In this document: piece after piece, positions 17,308 through 26,281 of the stretch
Position numbering within the stretch: position 1 is the stretch's first letter
Layout: every line of letters starts with the position of its first letter
Source of the DNA: a virus
Lineage: Duplodnaviria; Caudoviricetes
IMG/VR virus record: IMGVR_UViG_3300016464_000391
Location: 1-40,594 of that record
Reading direction: 5' to 3' (one strand)
Length of the DNA stretch: 40,594 nt
Notes under the pieces: model-generated
Database searches by the model: none
What the model was told of the DNA's origin: nothing
What the model saw: the letters and a program-made list of their open reading frames with translations, nothing else
Translations under genes and position numbers: made by a program

Positions 17308-17370
17308 CAAAGAGCCCTGTAAATAATAGCAGGGCTTTCTCTTGAGTGAGATCCAATAATAAGAAGAACT

Positions 17371-18153
17371 ATGGATCCAATGACGCTGTTTGCCCTTGCC
17401 AACGGTGCCGTGAGTGCTGTCAAAGCTGGCTGCAAACTTTATAGAGATATCAAGGGCGCTGCCGGTGAGGTCAAGGATGTTATTAAAGACATGGATGAGC
17501 AGTTTAAAAAGCTGCATCCTCCAGAAAAACCTGCGACTGTGGAACAGCGAAATGCTTTTATCAAACAAAAGAATGAAGTCATTGAGCTAAACAAAAAAGC
17601 CAATGCTGGGCAACACACTGGCATTTACACCGAGATTGGCGAAAAGCTGGGCGAATATTACGACAACTATTACAAGTGCGTGGCCATATTTGACGAAGAA
17701 GAACGACGTGCCAAAAACGAAGTCTACACCGGCGACGCCAGCCTGGGCAAACGTGCCCTACAACGTGTGCTGATGCGCAAACAGTTAGAAGAAATGGGCC
17801 GGGATCTACGTGAAGTCATGGTGTATCAAAGCCCTCCCGAACTGGGTGCGCTGTACACTGAAGTGGACGAAATGATGAAACAAATGGGCAAAGAACAGTC
17901 AGTGTTGATTGCCCGCAGCATGCGCCAAGAAGCTGCCAGACTTGCTCGCAGAAAAAATCTCATGAATAGATATTTCGTCGAAGGTGTGGCAGCAGTGATA
18001 GCTATTTTTGCATTTGGATCGTTTATAGGGGGCATGGCCTGGGTAGTAGAGGACCGAATCGAAAAATACCCACATTTAGGCACAGGTTGGATACCCAAAT
18101 CAGAAGAACAACGCAGAAGGGAGGCCGAGCCCAAGGTCTGGACGGGAAGATGA
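17371..18153 (+). CDS. Hypothetical coiled-coil membrane protein
   Basis: MDP.TL start, helical body, one C-terminal TM. Confidence 0.75.
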   Translation: MDPMTLFALANGAVSAVKAGCKLYRDIKGAAGEVKDVIKDMDEQFKKLHPPEKPATVEQRNAFIKQKNEVIELNKKANAGQHTGIYTEIGEKLGEYYDNYYKCVAIFDEEERRAKNEVYTGDASLGKRALQRVLMRKQLEEMGRDLREVMVYQSPPELGALYTEVDEMMKQMGKEQSVLIARSMRQEAARLARRKNLMNRYFVEGVAAVIAIFAFGSFIGGMAWVVEDRIEKYPHLGTGWIPKSEEQRRREAEPKVWTGR

Positions 18154-18299
18154 AAAAACAAGATTTTATTGGTGAATTGATTGAATACGGAACTGGCACA
18201 GCCATAACAATTTTAGTGGTGCTTGGCGCAGCAGCAGCCATGATAGTTTTCTTGGCTATAGTAATATTTGTAGCATTTTTAGACCGGCTGTTGCACTAA
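18150..18299 (+). CDS. Small hydrophobic membrane protein
   Basis: ATGA overlap at 18150; long hydrophobic stretch. Confidence 0.55.
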   Translation: MKKQDFIGELIEYGTGTAITILVVLGAAAAMIVFLAIVIFVAFLDRLLH

Positions 18300-18331
18300 A
18301 TATTCAATAACAATAACTATAAGGAGCCTGT

Positions 18332-18847
18332 ATGGCAGAAGAAGTCAAAAGCGAAAGCGAAAAGAAAAAAGAAGATTGGATGAACTCAAAATGGCGTCCA
18401 ATGATGGGTTGGATGTATATGGTAGTGTGCTTTATGGACATGGTGATATTTCCAATTTTATGGAGCCTATTACAAACTCTACAACACATGCAGCTCACAC
18501 AGTGGAATCCATTGACATTGCAAGGCGCAGGTTTGTTCCACATTGCCATGGGTGCTGTGTTAGGTATCGCTGCTTACGGTCGCACACAGGAAAAATTAGG
18601 AGGAGCCAACAATGGCGGATTACAAGTCTCTCAACCATCAACACCTAGCGTATCTACGCCAGTGGTCAACACCAGTTATAGCAGCCCAAGTGCAGCACCT
18701 AGTGCGCCAGGATTTGGATCAAGCCCAAACACAGCGAGCAGCGGAGCTGCAAGCAGCTTTGGAAGCGCACCTCCGGCGTTCGGGGCAGTGACCACCAGTG
18801 CCTCGGGTAAACCTGGCCCGGCACAACCTGATCATCCAGAAATTTAA
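18332..18847 (+). CDS. Probable holin (3TM / GTA-holin-like) with Ser/Pro-rich tail
   Basis: WRP..GW motif, TM segments, LG...GRT.EK motif; TAAATA and AAGGAG upstream. Confidence 0.65.
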   Translation: MAEEVKSESEKKKEDWMNSKWRPMMGWMYMVVCFMDMVIFPILWSLLQTLQHMQLTQWNPLTLQGAGLFHIAMGAVLGIAAYGRTQEKLGGANNGGLQVSQPSTPSVSTPVVNTSYSSPSAAPSAPGFGSSPNTASSGAASSFGSAPPAFGAVTTSASGKPGPAQPDHPEI

Positions 18848-18857
18848 AGGAAACATT

Positions 18858-19097
18858 ATGAAAAAAATTTTAGCATTATTATCATTAACTGTCGCTACCA
18901 GCACATTTGCCATCGACAATCATGCCGCTGCTGATGCTGCCAAGGCAGATGCACCTAAAACCAAACAAGTTTGTAAAGATGTGCTAGGCAAAGACAATCA
19001 ACCTGTGAAAAACAAAGATGGATCGGTTAAACAGCAATGTAAAACGATAAAGGTCCATAAGAAACACGAAGGCACTGAGATTCCTCCAAAGAAATAA
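18858..19097 (+). CDS. Small secreted protein
   Basis: MKK signal peptide ending TFA; two Cys; AAGGA SD. Confidence 0.7.
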   Translation: MKKILALLSLTVATSTFAIDNHAAADAAKADAPKTKQVCKDVLGKDNQPVKNKDGSVKQQCKTIKVHKKHEGTEIPPKK

Positions 19098-19114
19098 ATA
19101 TTTGTTTGAAAAAT

Positions 19115-19139
19115 AAAAAGGCTCTTCGGAGCCTTTTTT
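19115..19139 (+). terminator. Intrinsic terminator with C(UUCG)G tetraloop
   Basis: AAAAAGGCTC-TTCG-GAGCCTTTTTT; T4-style UUCG hairpin, potentially bidirectional. Confidence 0.9.
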
Positions 19140-19174
19140 GTCAGCAAGAACACAGGCTAAGGCGTTAATATAGC

Positions 19175-19492
19175 ATGCGTTTTTTATTGGCACTGATCAT
19201 TTCCGTTTCTTTCTTTTCGGCACAGGCAGCAGAACCCGTGGCTAGACACGGCCCTGTGATCAAAAAGGCCAAATTGCTACGCAGTAATCCGCATCGTTTC
19301 ACTGCCATCAGAATCATGGGCCAGAATCCTTGGATGGTTGTCGACGACGAGGACATTCTTCCTCAGCGGAGATATCGTTTCAAACTAGAGTCAGACTCCG
19401 AAGATGTCAGTGAGCATGTGCGTTTTAGACTGTGGCTGGCTCGTCAATTGGCCATGAAAAAATTTGCAGAAGTCCACGGTAATTTAGTATAA
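19175..19492 (+). CDS. Hypothetical secreted protein
   Basis: Signal peptide ending AQA. Confidence 0.6.
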   Translation: MRFLLALIISVSFFSAQAAEPVARHGPVIKKAKLLRSNPHRFTAIRIMGQNPWMVVDDEDILPQRRYRFKLESDSEDVSEHVRFRLWLARQLAMKKFAEVHGNLV

Positions 19493-19501
19493 TTACTAGC
19501 T

Positions 19502-20293
19502 GTGAAGGACTACTATTCTATCCTAGGCGTGGCCAAGACTGCCACAGCCGACGAAATCAAAAAGGCATACAGACGACTGGCCAGTCAGCATCATCCTGAC
19601 AAGGGCGGGGACACGGCTCGATTCCAGGAAGTCGAAGAAGCCTATCGTATACTAAGCGATCCTCAGAGTCGTGCAGCACATGACAATCCACAACCACAGG
19701 GGTTCCCGGGGGGATTTAATTTCCGCAGTCAGCCGTTTGACTTTGACAACATATTCAATATGTTTGGGCAACAGTTTCATCCTGGCCAAGGTCGCCCTAG
19801 AGCCACGCAGGCTCGAATGAGTCTTTGGATACAGTTAGCGGATGTTGCCGCAGGTGGAACACGGACTGTGAGCGTGGGAACCGCTGCTGGCAGTCAAATG
19901 ATCGAAATTGAAATACCCCAAGGCATTGAAGATGGGGCATCTGTCATGTATCCTGGTATGGCTCCGGGTGGGGTGGATCTAGCAGTGACATTTAGGATAC
20001 ATCCAAATCCGCGTTGGCAGCGTGATGGGTTCAATCTCTATACTGATCAAAAGGTTTCTGTTTGGACCCTGATCACCGGGGGAGACATTGTGGTACGAGA
20101 CATATTGAATCGCGAGCTAGAAGTGCATATCCCCCCAATGACACAACCTGGGCAGATACTGCGTTGTAGAGGCCGAGGCCTGCCAGATCGTGCCAACAAT
20201 CCCGGAGACATGATGATCCGAATTCAAGCCGAAATACCCCGAGACATACCCCAAGATCTATTAGCACTGATTCGGCAACAAACCGGTCGCTAA
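19502..20293 (+). CDS. dnaJ: DnaJ-family co-chaperone (class II / CbpA-like, no Zn finger)
   Basis: J domain (DYYSILGV, HPD), G/F-rich linker, DnaJ C-terminal domain (GRGLP, GD). Confidence 0.92.
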   Translation: MKDYYSILGVAKTATADEIKKAYRRLASQHHPDKGGDTARFQEVEEAYRILSDPQSRAAHDNPQPQGFPGGFNFRSQPFDFDNIFNMFGQQFHPGQGRPRATQARMSLWIQLADVAAGGTRTVSVGTAAGSQMIEIEIPQGIEDGASVMYPGMAPGGVDLAVTFRIHPNPRWQRDGFNLYTDQKVSVWTLITGGDIVVRDILNRELEVHIPPMTQPGQILRCRGRGLPDRANNPGDMMIRIQAEIPRDIPQDLLALIRQQTGR

Positions 20294-20342
20294 ATATTTC
20301 TGGGTAGCGTATAATAGATAACACAACTTTTACACTGGAAAT

Positions 20343-22607
20343 ATGCAAAACAATCCCGAAATTGAACAAATTGTAGACTTGGCAGTAAAGGCCGCACAGT
20401 CCCGAGACCACGAATACATGCTCACAGAACATCTGTTGCTGGCCATGTTGCATCATCCCCCGTTTAGAAAATGTCTAGATAAATTTGGCGTCGATACTCA
20501 ACTGTTTGATCAAGAGCTCAGTGCTTATCTGGACAGTCTTGTGAACTTGGTTAAACCTGTGGCCACTGCTCCCAAGAAAACAGTTGCTATAGAACGTGTG
20601 TTCAATCGTGCTCTAACACAGGTGGCATTTACCGGACGAAAAACGCTGACCACCATTGATCTGTATCTGGCTATCATGGCAGAAAACAACAGTCATGCTC
20701 ATTACTTTTTGTTAAAGTATGGAGTAAAGAAAACAGAATTTATTGAATTCTGGCAGCGCAATTATGCACATGCTGAAGCACAAAAAATTTCCCCTGACCA
20801 AGCCACTGAAATTTTAGATGAATATTGCGTGAATCTAACTCGCAGTGCTAAAGAAAATCGTCTTGAGCCGATGATTGGTCGTAGTAAAGAACTGGAAGAA
20901 ATGATCACTGTGCTAGCCCGTCGCTTCAAAGCCAACGTGCTCATGGTAGGCGATCCTGGTGTGGGTAAGACTGCTATTATCGAAGGCCTGGCACAAGAAG
21001 TTGCTCGAAACAATGTGCCTGAGTTCTTGAAAGATCATGAAGTATGGTCATTGGAGATTGGTAGCTTGCTGGCCGGATCCAAGTATCGCGGCGAGTTTGA
21101 AGAAAAGTTCCGTGCTGTGATTGGCGCACTGGAAGCCAAGAAGAACTGTATCTTGTTCATTGACGAAGCACATACCATGCAAGGTGCAGGCGCTGGATCA
21201 AATTCCAGCTTGGACTTTGCCAACATGCTGAAACCTGCTATTACTAAAGGCAATTTGAAAGTTGTGGCATCAACCACTTGGGAAGAATACTATGAGAGCT
21301 TTGAAAAAGATCGTGCCCTTATGCGTAGGTTCCATCGTGTGGCCATTGATGAACCAAATGATTCAACCACAGAACAAATCCTCATTGGCCTTTCACCTAG
21401 GCTGGAGCAATTTCACAATGTTCTCATCGAAACTGAGGCCATCACGGCAGCAGTGGAGTTATCAGGTCGTTATATCCATGATCGAAAGAATCCTGACAAG
21501 TCAATTGATCTTGTCGACGGTGCATGTGCTCGTCAACGGATCAAGGACAAAGGTAATGTGCTAATTACCCGGGCCTTGATTGAAGAACAAATCAGCAAGA
21601 TCATGGGTATCCCCCTGGACAAACTACAAAACGAACGCAATGCAAACATTGTGGATCTTGAGAGCAATATTAAACAAAGGCTCTACGGGCAAGACTCTGC
21701 TGTGGACACTGTGTTGGAACGTGTTTATATCAACTTCTCGGGCATTGGCAACGAAAAGAAACCCATTGCCAGCTTCTTGTTCCTGGGCCCAACGGGCACT
21801 GGTAAAACAGAACTGGCCAAGTTGCTGGCGGAGCACCTGGATATGAAACTGTTGCGTTATGATATGAGTGAGTATCAAGAACGCCACACCGTGAGCAGTT
21901 TGATTGGTGCTCCGCCCGGCTATGTGGGCTTTGAAGATGGCAATGTGGGTGGCGGTAAGTTGATCTCAGATCTTACCAAGAACCCCTATGCTGTTATGTT
22001 GTTTGACGAAGTTGAAAAAGCACACCCTGATGTCATAAACATCTTTCTACAAATGCTGGACGAAGGGCGTATTACATCGGCCAATGGCAAGACTGTGAGC
22101 TGTAAGAACACCATCATTATCATGACGTCTAACCTGGGTGCTAGAGACAGCGAGAGACTCAACATTGGGTTTGGTTCCCAGGAGAAAAAAGGCGAAGATG
22201 AAAAGGCTCTGAAAGAGTTCTTCCGTCCAGAACTGCGAAATCGTATTGACAAGATTTGTAAGTTTGACAAGTTAGATCAGCTGGCTATCAAGAAGATTGT
22301 TGTGAAGTTTGTGGACGAACTACAAACCAGTTTGAATTCCAAGAACATCAAGCTCACACTGAGTGAGCCTGTAATTGATTATTTGGCAGACCGGGGCTAT
22401 GATCCGCTGATGGGTGCCAGACCACTGAGTCGAAAAATCGATGAACTGCTGCGTGTGCCCTTGTCAAAGAAGATCCTGTTCGAAGGCTTGAAAGACACTG
22501 GTATTTCTGCAGACTTGGTTGATGATCAAATTGTGTTTGCGATCAAGCCTGCGATCACAGAACTCAGTAAAAATTCAAGCGTTGACATTGGCGGCGCAGA
22601 TGCTTAA
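20343..22607 (+). CDS. clpA: ATP-dependent Clp protease ATP-binding subunit, ClpA-like
   Basis: Clp N domain (EHLLLA), two AAA+ modules (GDPGVGKT, GPTGTGKT), no long M domain, IGF loop, GARPL. Confidence 0.93.
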   Translation: MQNNPEIEQIVDLAVKAAQSRDHEYMLTEHLLLAMLHHPPFRKCLDKFGVDTQLFDQELSAYLDSLVNLVKPVATAPKKTVAIERVFNRALTQVAFTGRKTLTTIDLYLAIMAENNSHAHYFLLKYGVKKTEFIEFWQRNYAHAEAQKISPDQATEILDEYCVNLTRSAKENRLEPMIGRSKELEEMITVLARRFKANVLMVGDPGVGKTAIIEGLAQEVARNNVPEFLKDHEVWSLEIGSLLAGSKYRGEFEEKFRAVIGALEAKKNCILFIDEAHTMQGAGAGSNSSLDFANMLKPAITKGNLKVVASTTWEEYYESFEKDRALMRRFHRVAIDEPNDSTTEQILIGLSPRLEQFHNVLIETEAITAAVELSGRYIHDRKNPDKSIDLVDGACARQRIKDKGNVLITRALIEEQISKIMGIPLDKLQNERNANIVDLESNIKQRLYGQDSAVDTVLERVYINFSGIGNEKKPIASFLFLGPTGTGKTELAKLLAEHLDMKLLRYDMSEYQERHTVSSLIGAPPGYVGFEDGNVGGGKLISDLTKNPYAVMLFDEVEKAHPDVINIFLQMLDEGRITSANGKTVSCKNTIIIMTSNLGARDSERLNIGFGSQEKKGEDEKALKEFFRPELRNRIDKICKFDKLDQLAIKKIVVKFVDELQTSLNSKNIKLTLSEPVIDYLADRGYDPLMGARPLSRKIDELLRVPLSKKILFEGLKDTGISADLVDDQIVFAIKPAITELSKNSSVDIGGADA

Positions 22608-23247
22608 ATTTGACTCTGTCAGCAGAGATCGACGGTTCTACGATCTCTACGAATATGGCATCTGTGTGGCCCTGCCCGAAGCTGGAGTGTTGAGAGCAAA
22701 AACACAGACAGAACTGGTCAAGGCCATTGGCTATAGAAATCAAGCACGATTTAACTGGAGTCAAAAAGAGCAAATAGCCGGTGAGGTATTGCAAAATTTG
22801 CTGTTGGCTTTTGATGAAATTGATCGTGTGCGAGATCAGATCAAGCTAGTGGTCAGCTACAACATCATGTATATCTACAGCAATGATGTTGCGGTGTTGC
22901 AACATCTGGCTGCATTGCCCTATGTAAACTTCTGTAATGCAGTGCAGTCTGTGATCGACCGTCCCAGGGACGTGATTCTAAAAACCAACCCCAAGTTTGG
23001 TTATCGCAGTTATTTTCGAGAGCGCATGCTGGAAGAGCATGACAGGGACAACTTGATAAACTTTTTGGACAGTAGAACAGACGCTTTTGGCGTTACTGCC
23101 ACGCTGAGACAATACCTTACTAGAAATAGATATCATTGGGTGCAGAGACATCATTTTGTAGAACACAACGACCCCAAAGATATCACTATGTTGAGTCTTG
23201 TGGTGCCGGGATTAATTCGTAAAACTGTGCCTGTGCAGGCTAAATAA
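22600..23247 (+). CDS. Hypothetical protein
   Basis: ATG 22600 overlapping the clpA end; start trimmed from track 22519. Confidence 0.65.
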   Translation: MLKFDSVSRDRRFYDLYEYGICVALPEAGVLRAKTQTELVKAIGYRNQARFNWSQKEQIAGEVLQNLLLAFDEIDRVRDQIKLVVSYNIMYIYSNDVAVLQHLAALPYVNFCNAVQSVIDRPRDVILKTNPKFGYRSYFRERMLEEHDRDNLINFLDSRTDAFGVTATLRQYLTRNRYHWVQRHHFVEHNDPKDITMLSLVVPGLIRKTVPVQAK

Positions 23248-23253
23248 TTTACT

Positions 23254-23421
23254 ATGGCAAAAATACACGAAGAAGTAGTTGTGATCAAACTATCAAAATT
23301 GGTCAAAGACAAGGACGAAGATCCTGGAGTTGTTGCTAGCAACGACATTTGCGAAGCCTTGCAATCAGTGGCCGAAGAGCTGCTGGGATCAGGTGTTGTT
23401 GTGGAAGTTGAACGAGCATAA
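23254..23421 (+). CDS. 55-aa hypothetical protein (MAKIHEEVVVIKLSKLVKD...)
   Basis: TAAATA at 23241-46, 7 nt upstream; TAATG overlap with the next ORF; below the track cutoff. Confidence 0.7.
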   Translation: MAKIHEEVVVIKLSKLVKDKDEDPGVVASNDICEALQSVAEELLGSGVVVEVERA

Positions 23422-23780
23422 TGACCACAGAAATCATCCTTGGACTCACAGTCAACGGAGTTCCTTCGGGCAACTACGACGGTTCTAGTACTGACTTTGA
23501 CAGTGACGGTGTCAAGGGTGTGGGCTACTATCGCGGGCAGGGCTCGATACAAACTGTGTATCAACGCATCACTGGATTCCAGGGTGTAATCACTATTCAA
23601 GCTACCTTGGATCAAACCTGGGAAGCAGCACAGTGGGTGGATGTAAACACATTCGGCGATGCATCTACTATTGTATCGGGCGTGTATCCTGTTAGTTTAA
23701 CTGGTAACTATACTTGGGTAAGAGCAAGAATAACTGACTTCACTGCCGGAACTATTGATTCTATTACTATTTTATATTAA
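23421..23780 (+). CDS. Hypothetical beta-rich protein, possibly virion structural
   Basis: Thr/Gly/Val-rich, W/Y-containing strands; coupled on both sides. Confidence 0.7.
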   Translation: MTTEIILGLTVNGVPSGNYDGSSTDFDSDGVKGVGYYRGQGSIQTVYQRITGFQGVITIQATLDQTWEAAQWVDVNTFGDASTIVSGVYPVSLTGNYTWVRARITDFTAGTIDSITILY

Positions 23781-24220
23781 TGACTTACGAATTTATTATT
23801 AATGCCGTGGTTGACACAACGGATGCATCGGCGCCATTGGGAATCGAAATGTGGGTCGACGATGTACTAATACACAATATTGCCCATGTGCAACAAGCCA
23901 CCTCGTTATCGGCCGCAGTTGCCGACGAAGATGGCAAGGAACATGAACTAAAGTTTGTGTTGAAAAACAAGTTGCCCGAACATACCAAAATTGACGAAGC
24001 TGGCAACATTGTCAAAGACGTATTGATCACAATCAATGATTTGGAATTTGACGGTATCAAATTGGGGCATGTGTTTAATACTCATGCTACGTATAGTCAC
24101 AACTACAACAACACCGCTGCTGATATAGTTGAGCCATTTAATGGTGTTGCAGGATGCAATGGTACAATAAGTTTAAAATTCACTACCCCTGCGTATCTCT
24201 GGCTGTTAGAAAACATGTAA
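23780..24220 (+). CDS. Hypothetical protein
   Basis: TAATG overlap; 146 aa. Confidence 0.7.
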   Translation: MTYEFIINAVVDTTDASAPLGIEMWVDDVLIHNIAHVQQATSLSAAVADEDGKEHELKFVLKNKLPEHTKIDEAGNIVKDVLITINDLEFDGIKLGHVFNTHATYSHNYNNTAADIVEPFNGVAGCNGTISLKFTTPAYLWLLENM

Positions 24221-24234
24221 ACTAAATACTTGCT

Positions 24235-25233
24235 ATGAAGCAAGTTGTCATCATGCCCGGCGGGTTTCACCCATTTCATGCGGGCCATTACGCATTATAC
24301 AAACAGGCACAAGATGCATTTCCCGGTGCAGACGTTTACGTTGCTGCAACCAACGACACATCAACTCGTCCATTTCCCTTTGCGTTAAAAGAAAAACTTG
24401 CCAAACTAGCTGGTGTCAATCCTGGCAAATTTATACAAGTTAAATCACCATTCCGTGCAATGGAAATTGTTGGGAACATGGATCCCGCAGACACACAGTT
24501 AATCTTTGTTCGCTCTACCAAAGACGCAGACAAACCACCACAAGCAGGTGGAGTTAAAAAAGATGGACAACCTGCGTATCTACAGCTATTAAAAGGGCAG
24601 TCAGAACTTGCCCCAATGGCACAACATGCTTACATGGCTTACTTGCCCACAGTGGAGTTTGGCCCTGGCATGACGTCTGCTACAGAGATTCGCACAGCTT
24701 GGCCTACACTAAACGAAAAACGCAAGACAGCTCTTGTAATGAGCTTGTATCCTAAGACGCAAAAGAATCCCGCACTTGCTGCCAACGTTGTTAAAATGTT
24801 GGACACAGCAATTGGCGGGGAAGAACTAAACGAGTTTGCACCTGGTGGCAATTCTGCTTCAAGCTATTACGCTGTTACTGCAAACTTTGTCAATGAGTTT
24901 GCTCAGCAAAAACAAGAAGAACTACAGGATCTAATAGATGCTGGATGGACCAAGCAAGACTTGGAACAAGCCGGCACACTAGCAGGTCAAGCAGCAGACA
25001 TAGCACACTTTAAAAAAGTCCGCGATGCTTTCTTAAAAGGACTAAAACCAGGATTTGACCGATACCTTCGCGGTGACACACAGATGAAAGATCAATTGGG
25101 TGCATACTGGCTGGACAATGATTTACCGTTGAACCAAGACTGGGAATCAATCTACAGCGAACCCTGGGGCGACGATAGCGAATTTAACGAAGGTATAGCA
25201 GAAGACTACATTTCAGAAAAAATCAGCCGCTGA
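24235..25233 (+). CDS. HxGH (cytidylyltransferase-like) nucleotidyltransferase with an appended LNE/FAPG module
   Basis: PGGFHPFHAGH and SATEIR motifs, then EELNE/FAPGG...FNEGIAE/DYISE; TAAATA 6 nt upstream. Confidence 0.8.
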   Translation: MKQVVIMPGGFHPFHAGHYALYKQAQDAFPGADVYVAATNDTSTRPFPFALKEKLAKLAGVNPGKFIQVKSPFRAMEIVGNMDPADTQLIFVRSTKDADKPPQAGGVKKDGQPAYLQLLKGQSELAPMAQHAYMAYLPTVEFGPGMTSATEIRTAWPTLNEKRKTALVMSLYPKTQKNPALAANVVKMLDTAIGGEELNEFAPGGNSASSYYAVTANFVNEFAQQKQEELQDLIDAGWTKQDLEQAGTLAGQAADIAHFKKVRDAFLKGLKPGFDRYLRGDTQMKDQLGAYWLDNDLPLNQDWESIYSEPWGDDSEFNEGIAEDYISEKISR

Positions 25234-25238
25234 CAAAC

Positions 25239-25271
25239 TCCTCTTAAATATTTCACTACTTTTTAAGAGGA
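25239..25271 (+). promoter_or_regulatory. 10-bp hairpin sequestering the SD of the 25276 gene, overlapping late promoter TAAATA (25245-25250)
   Basis: TCCTCTTAAA (25239-48) is the exact reverse complement of TTTAAGAGGA (25262-71). Confidence 0.7.
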
Positions 25272-25275
25272 AACA

Positions 25276-26187
25276 ATGTCCGAAGCACCTATTTCACAAT
25301 CACCACAACCTGGTCAACAACAAATTCAAGTCAATGTAGATTATCTACGCACCACTCGTGTGCATATTTGCATGCCATGCTACGGAGGCATGCTGACAGA
25401 AAGCACCTTTATGAGTTTCATCAAATGGTCCAACACTGCACGTCAGTTGGGCATTGAGTGGACCATGGAAACAATGACCAACGAGAGTTTGATCACTCGT
25501 GCCAGAAATACCCTAACAGCCAAGTTTCTTACAAATCCCGACTCAACTCACTTGTTCTTTGTGGACGCAGACATTGGCTGGGAGCCATGGCACTTGCTGG
25601 TGCTGTTGAACCGTGATGTTGATGTGATCGGTGGGTTGTATCCAATGAAGAGTTTGCCAATCAAATGGTGTGTCAACGGGTTCGAAGGTGCAGAAGAAGG
25701 CCCAGATGGTCTGCAAGAAGTTACCAAAACTGGCACAGGTTTCTTGCTGATCAAGAAGCATGTGTTTGAAAAGCTGAACTCACACCCCAATGTCAAATCA
25801 TTCAAGAACGACATTGGCTTGCCAGCTGAGCTGGACCCATTCATGAAAACCTACTTTGACACAGGCGTGCGTGAGAATCGTTACTACTCTGAAGACTGGG
25901 CGTTCTGTGAAAACTGGCGTGACATTGGCGGCAAAGTCTGGGTGGACAAGCGTGTGCTGTTGCGCCACACTGGTACCTATGTGTTTGACTATGCAGCGCA
26001 GGAACAAGTCTACAAGGAACTGCATGCCATGGCCACAGCTGGCGCACCAGTTGCGCCAGTGGATCAAAATGCACAGGCCACCACACAATACACACCGCCT
26101 GCACAGGTTGTTGCCATGTCGGGGGCACCAGCAACGGCACCCAAGCCTGTGAAAGGCCGGAGTCTCAAGAAAGAAGCCACAGCATAA
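25276..26187 (+). CDS. GT-A fold glycosyltransferase-like protein
   Basis: SLITRARN, FVDADIGW (DxD), GTGFLLIK, SEDWAFC, distal H; Pro/Ala-rich tail. Confidence 0.8.
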   Translation: MSEAPISQSPQPGQQQIQVNVDYLRTTRVHICMPCYGGMLTESTFMSFIKWSNTARQLGIEWTMETMTNESLITRARNTLTAKFLTNPDSTHLFFVDADIGWEPWHLLVLLNRDVDVIGGLYPMKSLPIKWCVNGFEGAEEGPDGLQEVTKTGTGFLLIKKHVFEKLNSHPNVKSFKNDIGLPAELDPFMKTYFDTGVRENRYYSEDWAFCENWRDIGGKVWVDKRVLLRHTGTYVFDYAAQEQVYKELHAMATAGAPVAPVDQNAQATTQYTPPAQVVAMSGAPATAPKPVKGRSLKKEATA

Positions 26188-26188
26188 T

Positions 26189-26213
26189 AAAGGCCCGCAA
26201 GGGCTTTTATTTT
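26189..26213 (+). terminator. Intrinsic terminator with GNRA loop
   Basis: AAAGGCCC-GCAA-GGGCTTTT followed by ATTTT, just after stop 26187. Confidence 0.8.
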
Positions 26214-26240
26214 GACTTTGAAGTCTAAGTCCTGTAAAAT
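26212..26240 (+). promoter_or_regulatory. Sigma70-like promoter, followed by TAAATA at 26251-56
   Basis: TTGACT-17 nt-TAAAAT upstream of the 1627-aa gene. Confidence 0.55.
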
Positions 26241-26281
26241 ACATAGACAATAAATACAATTTGATATTCTGAAATAGCCTT

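Noticed and set aside
18281-18331. SD-sequestering hairpin before the holin
   Set aside because: Only a short interrupted pairing (ACCGGCT/AGCCTGT) across a long loop; too weak to claim.
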